Notes under the pieces: generated by a model | What the model was told of the DNA's origin: nothing | Database searches by the model: none | Seen by the model: only the letters and a program-made list of their open reading frames with translations | From: Eremomyces bilateralis CBS 781.70 | Lineage: Eukaryota | Length of the DNA: 64,000 bases | Strand: one strand, 5' to 3' | Assembly: GCA_010015585.1 (NCBI GenBank) | Contig: ML975160.1 | Translations under genes and position numbers: made by a program | Shown: positions 48,339-60,449 of the stretch, one piece after another | Position numbering within the stretch: the stretch's first letter is position 1 | Layout: each line of letters begins with the position of its first letter

Positions 48339-51300
48339 TAGAGATTCATAGCCTCCAAAGTCATATCCAAAGCTGAGGAGATCAATTGGTCTCTACTGGA
48401 GCTATCCTCGGGCGGTTCAGGGGCAAGTCAGGCGTTGAGAACCCATTCAGTGCATCTAGTCACCTCCGATCACGAACATACCGCAAAGACATTCCGATAT
48501 TCTCGATTCCATAAGATCCAAAATGATGAATAAAGAGCGCGGCGACTGAAATACTTGGTTCAAAATTGCAAAGTTTAGGGTTGAGGCGGTCCCTCTGGTT
48601 CTAAGCCATGCGGTGGGTTAACCTTCACCATCAGGATCGGAATACTGGAGACGACATGTGAAGATAGGGGTCTTCGCCGCAACGCTGCATCCAAACTTTC
48701 CTATACTAAACCGGAATCTCTGCTAACGCCTTTTCTTTATATTAACTATCTGCCGAACCTTGATCTTCCTACCCTAGGTCCTCGCCGCTCTATGACAACA
48801 GTGTCCTGGCAACCCGTGCCTCGAGCCCCCTGTCCTCTGAACCGGTTACGTGAGCTAGGATGAAGCGGCTCTACCGTGACTATGCACTAATCCGACGTGG
48901 CATTGGAGAGCGTCGGGTTTGCGATTGGTCCTGCTTTTCGAAGGACCTTAAATGCGGAAGGGGGAGCAGTGACGGAGTCTTTGTGAGAGATCCATCGTAG
49001 GATGCCACTGAATCCCTGATGGAATTTCCTGCTGTGACAAGTCCAGCGATAAGCATCGCAACACAGGAGGATTGCGGCCTTTTATTCATCGGTTTATGCC
49101 AGCCGTGATAGTCATTCGGGGTCATCCGAAGGCGGAGCCGTTTGGAGCGTCCTAGGCGCTCCATTCCATTTAGTATGCATTGTTGTGGAGACAAACATCA
49201 ATCAGACAACAGAAGAGTCACGAACCATTGGAATTACTGCATTCGATACTCAACAACCGGACCCAAGAGGAGCCAAAGGGTAGTAATCGAATCCACATCG
49301 TGGAGTTACCTACCAAGTAAGTCCATAGCCACGAGGCTAAACGAATAGCGCATCTACCCACAATCAAGTGACCTCCATCCACCAACCTAACGCACCGGTC
49401 GATCAAGCACGCCTCAAACAATGCCCGGCCATCATCCCCGCTGTCCCACCACGCCAGAAAACAATGCCCGTCCCAGAACACCGACCTCCTCCCACCGCCG
49501 CGTCCCACCTTCCGCTGCGACTTCCTGCGCGCGGGTTCCACCGCATGCGATATCCCCGCATGCGGCGCCAATCGTCGGGGTGGGTGATGATGTAGAGGGC
49601 GGATACGGCAGGATCGGCGGGCCGTTGGGAATCGGGCTGGATGGAAGGGGTGGAGATGGGGTTTGGGTCGGGAGGACCGGTTGGTTGGGGAGGTGTGTGA
49701 TGGGTTGGGAGGTTGGAGGTGGAGGTTACACGGGGGATATAGGCTTTTTGAGCGGATCATGCGATATCCTTGCGCATCACTGTAGTGTCTACACTTGGCG
49801 AGTGGGACGTCGACTGTTCGTTGACCTGATGGAGGTCGAGCAGACGGTACGCCGTTTCTTAGTTTTTTAATGTAGTAGGTCGGCACTATATGGAATTCAA
49901 GCCCATCCCGGCGGCGATCACCCATTCCCTTCCGTCTAGCTGCTCCCTTGCCGCTGCGGCAACCAGGTAATCGGTCTACGTCGGGAGGCATATGATAGAT
50001 TACCTAGCACTTAACATCCATCAGATGCGGTACCGTGATATACCGGATCAGTTGTGGTGCCTTAATCTGGGGAGATTGAAGCGGACGGGGGGTGATGAGC
50101 TGAAGGCATGTCGGTTGGGGAGGAGAGATAGACGAGAGGTAATATACTAGGGTTCGCGAAAGGACCTACAGTACTCCGTACTATGCTCGGGATGATGCGA
50201 TTTACGAGGAAGTGAACGGCGTTAATATGGCTTGGATCTTTGCACTGTCTTGGTCTCGGTCTCTGGATTCTTAGTATCCATGCAATGGATATTGCGGGAG
50301 CAATCGGATAGACTCCTTTAGATGCGATGCGAGGTTTGGGGAAGTTTGCTGGCTAGGAAATTATGCAGCCATCTGTACTCAACCTTGCATCATCAGCAGG
50401 ATAGAGATGCAAGTTGAAGGGGAAGCTCCACCTCCTTATCTGCCTCTGCTTGGAATTCAGGAGGCTCGTTCTGTCACAGTCGCACGACAGGCTCCATCAT
50501 CGTCTCTGCATCATCGAAACGTGCAATTTCGAGCCCATGATTGCGAGAATGTCGCGAATCCGATGGAACGTCCGATTGACCACGAAACAAACTCGTCCGA
50601 TCAGCACGTGATCCCCGCAACCGAACCAAGCTGACCTGCGTATAGATTCATTTGGCTTACCGCTGCTGCATCCTCGTCGTTGCACAGGAAGGACGTGCCA
50701 TTCGTAGGATTCATTTATCCCCCGTTGATCTCCCGACCCCGACATTCCCCAGATTTTTATTAGTTGCGCATGTTAGACGTTAGCCTATATCCATACATGC
50801 CATTTACCCAGGATTCGGCTGCGCAAATTATAAATATGCCCATCAAATGTGATTCAGGCACGGTGCTCTGGAAGCCCCGCACCGACTCCCCTGTGCACCC
50901 TGCGTTCCTCGCCCCAACGTGCACGGAAACATCAAACATCGAAGCGGCTGAAACACTGTGGTAAATTTGGGGCGCGCACACCCGTCCACTGTGGGATGTT
51001 TCAGATTCGTGGAATCCTGGAGCCGGAGAGGTGGTCGGCTTGGTTCCGCTAGTGATTCAGAGGGGCAGCGAACGGACGCGTCTGTCTCAGACATAGTTTA
51101 GGGCCTGTGTGCTAGACACAAAGGGACTATTTATTGTTGTGGCGGTTCTAGGGTCGTGGAGGTTCGGGTACCTGCTTGGTAGGCTGTTGGTGACATCGGG
51201 ACGGGTAGAAGTGATGGTATCTAATCTTAGAGTCGTGGGGAGAGGTGGAGGTACCGTATGAACGTGTGTCAATTGTTGAATCTGGACTATTGGAAGACGT

Positions 51301-54230
51301 GTCCATGAGTTGAGCCGTTTCAGCATTCAAGCCCATCTGAATCCGATGTGATTTGGAGCAGGGCAATCCCTGGCGAAACCGGTAACAGCGAACATCAAAC
51401 GCTCGACCCTTTGCACTATTTTGCAATTTGCATAGTAGCTCCGGGATGCGATGAGGGGATTGATCGCTTTTCGGGTAGGTTAGTATTTAGTACGGAATAG
51501 GATTAGAGGATCATTTCCACCACATCTTTATGTTCAGGACTTCAGGTATGGATACACGCGGTACGGAAGTATCCGAGGTATCCTGAACGGTCGAAAGCGA
51601 CATGACCTTCCCGAAATGTCTCCTTGTCCACCACTCAGAAATCGATCCAGCTCATATCACATCGAGGGATTTTGCGCAAACCTGCAGTGCCGTAGACACG
51701 GCATACGACCACGCAATGGACATCCAGCGACAGGTCAAGCGTGCGGACCAGGCGTTTCAAGTTTGCCTGACCAGCCTCATGATCTCCATTCTTCACCGTT
51801 GCGCAAGGGAATATCCTGGCGTTGCCGAGTTGCGATAGTCTGGTTAATTTCACCTGATAATACGGACTACGGAGTTCTTATTAAAGGCATGGATATATGT
51901 ACTTGGTACTTCTTGTCATTGTGTAGTATGGTACACCAGTGCTCGCGGGCCCTCTTCATGAGACGGCTTGCGATTCACGACCTAACTGTCGGGATGGCAA
52001 CGCGGGTAGCGGCAGTAGCGAACGTGGAAAGCAGCACAGTTCGATCGATCGAACTTCCGTAACGAACACAATCCGCTCTGCGATTGATGAGAATGGCAAA
52101 TGGGTAACGAGTGGCAATCGATCAGGTATGACTTCTGATATGTAGTTGGATGAAGGAATTGACCCCGCTGCACGCCGCCCGATCAGCACCATCGCTAAGA
52201 ATAAATCGTTGAGCTCGAGCTGGTGGTGGCATTGTCCCCACGATTGGGCGGGATGTCGCGATACCCCTGGTCAGGCACCCCTCCTGATCCCTTTCGCCTC
52301 ACTGATGAGCCACAAGTTGGCACTGATGATTGATGATGTCGAAATGCCAATCAGACTCGGTTCTGGTGTCTGCAAGGCTGAGAGCGCAAGGCACGAACCA
52401 GGACGGCATCGGACCATCAACAAGAAGCAGAGATGCTGTGAACGCGTGTTGTATTTCCAACCAGGCGGGGGGATATTTGGTGTCAATCGTGTTGGAAGAT
52501 GGTTTGAGATACAGACTTCAGGATTCGATGACGACTTCTCCTTTTTATGTAAATCGATCTAACTTGACTCTTCTCTACAAAGACGGGGTTCCGTATCTCT
52601 TATTATAACATAGCAAACAGATTTGTTTATTGATCGGTGTTGATATTGTTCGCCCAGCTGCTGTTAATCTCCAAATCTTCTTGGTGGCCCCTGCCGCTAA
52701 TCCTATTTGGGCATCGTATGAAGCCACAATAACTCAATAATAAGGCACATGAACCTCCACGCTGACGGCCACATATTTCAAGTTTTCAAGCTGAAAATCT
52801 CCAGTCGATAATCAATCAATAGTAGTAATTAGTCTCCTACGGAGTAGATTTCATGCAATCCATGGGGATTATGAAATCTTCACGCGCTGCAGTGCGACCA
52901 TCCAGTAGAACCTTTGATACGCGCATGTCCAGCAGAAAATCAAGCTAACCTTCCCATGCTCTCGACCTAACAGCCATTACGTGTTCTGTATCTGTATTCT
53001 ACACATTATAGCTTCTCAGGAGACCATTACAGTTCAGACAGCTATGAATCCCGCTCTCCGAGATTAGGTATACATATCATACCGTCCCTAACTATATCAT
53101 GTGCAGAATAGAAATATTCTCAGCTCTGCGAAAACAATAACTATTAAGGCGATGATAAGGCCTGTTAATAGGAGCAACAACCTGGAAGATTAGAAGGAAG
53201 GAACCCCCCGGTCGACCTTCCCACTTAGCACCAAGGCCGCGACCCTCCCGGCCCACTGAGCTGACCCACCACACCCCATCAATTCACCAATCAGCCATCC
53301 CTGCGGGTTCAGTGGAGGAAAGAGCGGAAACTGAGAGAGGGAAAGCGCCGAGCAGCGAGCGACCATCGCAGATCGATTGGATTCAACGTGAACCGCCGCC
53401 ATGATTCTTCACTTTGCAGTATTGGACTCTTAGTGTTCTCACTTCTCGAGTTACGACGACAAGACTTCTTCCCCCCCAGTCCATCCAACTCTCTCTCTAT
53501 CCACTTCCACCTCTCCTATTCCCATTTCATCCCTCATCCTGATGATCAGGGAGTTTGGTTAATGTCTTCGGTTCCACACGATTTCTCCATCCGATCTCAT
53601 CACTTTCGTCCATCGAGGACACCTGGAACGTCCCTGAATCGACCCGTATTCAGCTTCCCGACGTCGCGGATCACCCTTCTCACTCGCTGACGATTCACCT
53701 TCGAATATTTCCTTCTCCTTCACGATTTCACGACCTTATATACGTATTCCCGGATCTGGATCCATTGCTCTGCCTTCGTTTAGCTTTCACGACCCTGTTC
53801 CGAGTTCTGCACTTCGTTTTCTCGCCCGACTGCGTCTCCTGAAATCTTACCCCAGCGTTTCAGGTTCCTGGATATTCTACCCAGCCCAATACCGTCGACA
53901 ACATCAACGAAACGCTTCGGACGGGTTCGATGCATGCCATACGATCGAGACCGATTCACCATTCCCTTTGATGCACGACATCTGACGTTCGTTCTCGGAG
54001 GATTTCCTCAGGGTCGTCTTGGGGTCGAGCATAGTTATTTCCGATCCCCACACCTACTTGCACGATTCAGGGCACGCAATCCAAATCGCTCGGCGACGAT
54101 CTTTGCGATCAGAGCACACAAATTCAACATCGGCCATTGACACGGTGGAATAACATCGTGGGAGGCCAGCACAGATCACAACTCGTTATTTGAGTATCTT
54201 TATCGGGTGGAAACGCAAATCGTAGCCACG

Positions 54231-57200
54231 ATGGATGTCGCGACGATGGATTCTTCCACAGAATACCCCGACATGGAGTCCCCTATGGATCAGGATGATG
54301 TGATATACCCGTGCAAAGGGTGCGGAGAGGTGAGTTACAAATGAATGGAGTGTCCTGAACGAGGTTCTGACCGCGCCCCCCTTTAATAGGTTCTTGAAGA
54401 GGGCAAAGCATTTGAGTTAGCGGGAAACCGCTGGCATATTGACTGCTTCCGCTGCCATACATGCGGTCTTCTCCTCGATAGCGACGCGAACCTGCTGCTC
54501 CTCGGCGACGGCTCGCTCATCTGCAACAACTGCACCTACTCCTGCAGCGCATGTGGGGACAAGATCGAAGATCTCGCGATCCTCACCGGCGAACAAGCCT
54601 TCTGCGCGTCATGTTTCTGCTGCCGTAACTGCAAACGCAAGATCGAGAACCTACGATATGCGCGAACCAGCCAGGGCATCTTTTGCATGAGTTGTCATGA
54701 GAGCTTGATGGCGCGGCGGCGGAAGAAAAGCAGGCAGAAAAGCGAACGGGCGGCAGCGGAGAGGAACGCTCACATTAGTAAGGAAAAGAGTCTGCCGGCG
54801 CTACCGCAGAGCGCGGTGCCACCGAACGAATTCAGTCGCTCGACTCTGGGTGCGCCGGAGCCATATAACAACGATGTGTCGCCGAGACCGGGGAGTAATA
54901 AGTCTCGACAGGATCTCTCTGCTGGCGAAAGAGGGAGAGATGCGTCGCCGGGCTCATTCGAATCGAGTCGTAAAGGTATGGACGCACTTCATCGTATGAC
55001 CTATTTCGAGCTGACTCTTGCAGAAACCCTACCCGCCAGCACCTATAAGGACGAATCTCGAAATTTGTCGATGGATGGGAGTGTGAATGGCATCAATAGT
55101 GATGATGGCGTATTCGTCCCATTAGCTTTCGATCCAAATCCCGCCCCGGATCCATCTCCCATGGCCAAATCACAACCCTTTAGCGACGGATCAGCCTCGC
55201 TCAATGAGAACTCCGACCTGTCTGAGTCCACTTCATCTGTACGCGCCGCTAATACCCGCGACTACTTCAGTCGAACGAACGCCCCTCCTTCAGCAAACCA
55301 CCGCGAGATGCTTAAAGAAACGCTTGGTCATAAAGCCAACTCGTCCCGGTCCTCCTCGGCGGACCGTGGAAAGGAGGGTCCTGGCACTCCCCATATCATG
55401 TTTCAAGAAAAAGGGCGAGTGCCATCGGATCAGGTACGGTCACGGAAACAACCAAGTGGTCCGCCATCGCCAGCACCACCGGCGGACAAACAATTTGGGA
55501 ACACGACTCAATCAGTTGCATCCCCAAGTTCCGGAGCGCCGGGAGAGTTCAAACTTCAGGATGCACCGAAATCAAGAAAAGCCTCGTCGCGTCGAAGTAC
55601 CGGAAATCACAAACAGGAGGGTCATCTACACACCCATTCACAGTCCGGCAGATCTCCGGGAACTTCATCGGTCTCTTCACCCAACTCGGATTTGATAGCT
55701 CGGACCCTTTCTCCACCTCTGGAACACTCCATCACCAACACGTCACACACGTCGGATCCTTCCGAAGGCTCCTACTCTTCATATGGCGATTCGCCAAACC
55801 TCACACAAGGTTCCCCTCCTATGGCATCACACCGTGCAGAACTACCCCAACGAGGCGACTCTCTCGCCGCATCATCGCTGAAACAGACGATCCCCAGGAA
55901 AGAAATCGGCGCTCCTAGATCCGATCCTACCACGCCAACCGGGCCGACCGGTCCAACCCGATTTGCCCATGACCGAGCGGCGCCTCCCGCGTCGTCGTTG
56001 CGGACACAAGAGTCACAAGTGAATGGAACGCAAGCAGGCGGAAAGTATGCCTTGGACATACCGCACCCGCCTCAGCGCTCCGCCAGTCGGCCCAATGCCA
56101 GCCCTCAGCAAGGCATGGAGGCATCGGATGATGGCGAAGGTGGCTCGTTCACTTCACCTCGACCACCACCCGCGCCACCAACCGAGAATAGACACAAGCC
56201 GGGCGAATCGATCAGCTCTGTTCATAGCGAATCCGCATCGCCATCCTTCCTTCGGTATAGCGGCGGAGGGGAATTCAGCTTGGACGAGGACATGGCACGC
56301 ATTATCCGCGGGGAAGATATGCTCCCCGCCGAGAAAGACTCGTCGCTTGCGCGCCGCATATCCAACGCGGTTAGCAAGCACTCGCGTAGTTTTAGTGACC
56401 GTGGATCCCGCTCATCAGCATCGCAGAAATGGCCCCGAACCACCCCCATCAACGGCACGTTTGACATCAGCAACCCAACGTCACCCGACGCGACCCGGGA
56501 TGATCCATCCGTGCTGCGGAATCAGTTGCGGCGCGCACAGCAGCGCATCGCAGAATTGGAGGCCGAGAAGGTCGGTCTTCAGGATGTGATCAACTCGTCG
56601 GCGGAGATCAAGCATGTCAACTCTGAGCTTCGCGAGAAGCGGTCCACCGTTGCTGTCCTCGACTCGCAGCGCGAGATCGTCCTCCGCGAGCTCGAAGTGA
56701 TGACCGATCAGCTCCGCAAAGCGAAGGATTCCAATTCACCAGCCACACCTTTCGACATTGCCGCGCTGAAGAGCGATGCCGTGCGCGAGCTTGCCGCCAG
56801 CCTCCGCGTTCTCGAAGACCAGCTTCGTTCGGAGATCGAAGAGCTCATGGAGAAGCGGGCCGACCTCACACAGGAGATCGCAGACCTGATCCAGATGAAA
56901 GACAAAGGCTTCCAAGAATACGAAGCGCTGTCCACACGAAACGCACAGTTAAACACGTTAAACCATCAACTCGTCCAGAGCATTCAGGAGATGTACAAAG
57001 CCGGGAAGCACCCCAACGGTTCCGCCTCCGTCGACGCCGGCCGCCCTGGCACCAACGGCCTCGGCATCTACCACCACCAAAAGGACAGGTCCGAAGCCTC
57101 CGTCGACCTGCGCACCATCATCAGCGGCCCCACCAGCACCGGCACGAGCATCAGCGGACCGAGCATCAGCGGCCCGATCCCCGCCGAGGCATCCTACGCG

Positions 57201-58353
57201 CACCTCCTCAATGGGCCGGATGGCCTCGAACACGAGCCCGTGATCGTCGGACCCCCGCACGTCGTCAAGCTCGACCGCACGAAGGGCAAGGCAAATATGT
57301 GGAAAAAAGGCGGCGCCTCGCTCGCGAAGAACATCAAGGGCATCCGCGGCGCCCTCAGCGGCGACCGGGCCCACGAGATCCCCCGCTATGGCAGCATCGG
57401 CGGTAACGGCACCATTACTGAGCCCGGCATGCCCTACAACTCTATGCCCGCCGGCCAGCAGCCAAACGAGCTCGGCACCCCGAACCTGGCCTCCAACAAC
57501 AACCGCGCCGGAGAGCGCGAACGTGAGCGCGAGCGGCAGGGTTTCGGGGGGCTGTTCGGCAGCGGGCAGAAGGTCGGGAACAAGCTTGGACCCGGCCACG
57601 CGCACCTCAAGTCGCACCACACCAACTCATCCAGTCCGTCACTGTCAGACGGGACGAAAGACACGCAGTTATTCGGCACGGATCTCGCGACGCGGTGCGA
57701 CCAAGAGAAGCGCAGCATCCCGTCGATCGTGATTCGATGCATCGAAGAAGTCGAACTCCGCGGCATGGACGCAGAGGGAATCTACCGCAAATCCGGCGGC
57801 AGCGGGCAGGTGAACAGCGTGCGCGCCGGCTTCGAGAAGTCGAACGAGTTCGACATCTCGGATCCGGATTTGGACATCCACGCGGTAACGAGCGCACTGA
57901 AGCAGTATTTCCGACGGCTGCCCGAGCCGCTGATCACGAATACGGTGTACGATGCGCTGTTGGAGGAGGCGACAGGCGGGAATATCGGGGCGGCGAGTCC
58001 CGGCGAGGAGGTGCCGGAGCCGGAGATGGAGGAGCGGGGACGGCGGATCCGCGAGGTGTTTAAGGGGCTGCCGGGGTGTCATCGCGACTGTCTGGAGTTC
58101 TTGGTGTTCCATCTGGTGCGGGTGGTGCGGATGGAGAAGATGAATCTGGTGAGTTTTTTGTTGGATTTCCTTCGTTCTGCTCGGTGCGCTAATGTTTTGA
58201 TAGATGACCCCCCTCAACCTCGCCGTGGTCTTCGCCCCGACCATCATGCGCCCCACCTCCATCGAACGCGAGATGAGCGACGTCCAGGCGCAGCGCGTCG
58301 CCGTGCAGACCTTGCTGGAGCAGTACAAGACCATTTTCGACTCCGAGGCGTAA
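54231..58353 (+). CDS. RGA1: Rho GTPase-activating protein with two N-terminal LIM domains (Rga1/Rga2-like)
   Basis: YPCKGCGE|VLEEGKAFELAGNRWHIDCFRC, CSACGDKIEDLAIL, coiled coil, GMDAEGIYRKSG, LKQYFRRLPEPLIT, NL|MTPLNLAVVFAPTIM. Introns 54330-54389, about 54977-55023, and 58149-58204. Confidence 0.95.
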
Positions 58354-60118
58354 TCGACCCGCCCCTCTCCCCTTTCCCCTCCTTCTTTCTCGAACGATTG
58401 AACAATCTCCTACCCCGCTTCTACTTCAGCGTGCTTTCCCCTTCCAGAATCGAATGATATCCGATCCGCGCGACATGCCCGGCTCCCCTCAAAACAGATC
58501 TACCCAACCGATTCTTTGCTTGTCGTTTATACATTTTGTCTCTTTTCTGCCGGTGATACCACATAGCGGCGTTTGCTTCGTTGAGCCAATCTTCCCCCAC
58601 TACTTTGTGTCGTCGGGCGGATGGCCGGATGCGTTTTGCTTGGTGTCTATCGTGTGGAAACGGAGTAGGGACGGAGTTAGATGCGTCGATCGGGTTTCTT
58701 CTTCTTTTTCTTCTTCATTTCGTGTTTAGAGATTGGACGTGTGCGGGGGGGGTTGGTTGGTATGCGGTGGATATTAGCCCTGCGAGCGAGTGGCGGAGGG
58801 GAGTGAGTGGGCGCTCGGACGCTGCTGGAGGCAGATTGAGGTGTTGAGAAATGCGGTTTCTTTGAGGGGGATGCGATCTAGTGGAGGATCGGGATGATAG
58901 GTGGAGATAGGGCCTCGGTTGGCTATATGTTTTGTGTTGTCAATAAGAGCGATATGATGAGCGAGTTTCTCGTATCGATATGTTGTATGTTTGATGTGAC
59001 TGTGTGAACCGACTCAGTAGAGATTCGAAGTGTTTGATTTCTTGGTCCTGAGAGACTCCCCTCGTTTCGCTTGGCTAGTATGCACTGACTAATCAGGGGT
59101 GGATTTGCCGAAGGGTCAGGATTGTTCTCTGCTATGGATGGGACGTGCCTGACTGAGGGCGGAGGGGTCTCGCAGCAACCACATCAGTCGCGCCAGTCAG
59201 TGTACTGCTTATTTCTGGTAATGTGGGTTGCGAGCAAGCAGGATCTGCCAGGACAGAGCACGATATTCAGTCGCAATCAGTGGCTTGACTAAGAATGAGA
59301 TAGGTGGATCACAATCATGGACATTGACGTGGCATGGGAGGAGTCTGGCTTCCGGCCTCCTTCAAGGGACATGGATAAGTACTAGAGCTATGCTATGATC
59401 AATGCTATGTATGTACACCTCACACGCGTGGCACTCATCTGGGCAGGTCCAATAACGATCTGCTATTGGCCAGAGCAGGGAGGTAAAAGGTCGGACCCTC
59501 GTAAATCTCTTTCCCTATCGTAGTTGGGCTCAAATACCTCCGTCTCATAGACTGTGCCGAAGCAGACCTCAAATTCTAGGTAAGACTGCGAGCCTTAGAA
59601 CGGTGGCATGGCTGCGGTGACGGTTTGCGAGATTGCTCGATTAGCGAGGTCATGTGCAGACGGCACTACCATAGGGGACTAGCGAGCGGACGTCTAATGG
59701 TAGTTATGGCAGTGCAGCTCGAGCTCAAAAGTGGTATCGCCAACGTGGAACAGGTTCTCGGCGCGCTGATTTCGGCAGGATTGCAGTGAAAGATTGAAGG
59801 GGATTTCCAAGGGTTCGAATCCTAAATTTAAGCTATTGGTTGCTTGAATTCGCTCCTCAGAACATGAGATATCAACACCACGATTCGTAGACTTGTTGAG
59901 CAGTCTAGTGGTAATGAAGCGAAGGAGAATTGCCTCCGGAAGGGAATCTACTAACGGTGCTGTTGGTGAGGAAAACGTAGAAAGTGTAATAGGATCTGAT
60001 GGTTTGATAGGGATATATATGTTAAGTCGTCCGAGTTACACGTAATGAATGCTGCTAGAATAGACCGGTTGGAGGAGACAATCGCCACTTCAACCACGCC
60101 TCTCTTCTGTCCTGAGTC

Positions 60119-60449
60119 TCATTCCCAAATTCTTTGAATGGCTGCACTGCCACGTAGCTCCCTTGTACTCTGCTTTCTATGCGAGACAAGTTGCCAGCGA
60201 CGGTTCAACGTAGCCGGGCTTCGATCAGTCAGCAGTTGCCGATTTAGTTCTTTTGTGACTGTCCCCCAGTGGCAGTTGTGCTTCTTAGCGAGGCGAAGAA
60301 GCAGGCCATCTTCAGCGTGAGTGAAGGGAATCCTCTTTCGTCTCTGTTTCGCCCGCTTATTTCTCCTGCTTGCCCTGCTGATCCCTCTAGTCCTACTGAC
60401 TCTTCGGATTCCGGATCCGGATCCACAGCGACCGGGTCGCTGCCGGTGC
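60119..60449 (-). pseudogene. Myb/SANT-domain coding remnant without an evident start
   Basis: KRAKQRRKRIPFTHAEDGLLLRLAKKHNCHWGTVTKELNRQLLTDRSPATLNRRWQ; TAG immediately upstream. Confidence 0.45.

Noticed and set aside
48880..52610. Many small ORFs, including 49218-49991 (257 aa)
   Set aside because: No recognisable domain or consistent exon structure; may hide decayed genes that I cannot support.
58149..58457. RhoGAP ORF continuing to 58457
   Set aside because: Intron 58149-58204 shifts to the conserved MTPLNLAVVFAPT exon ending at 58353.
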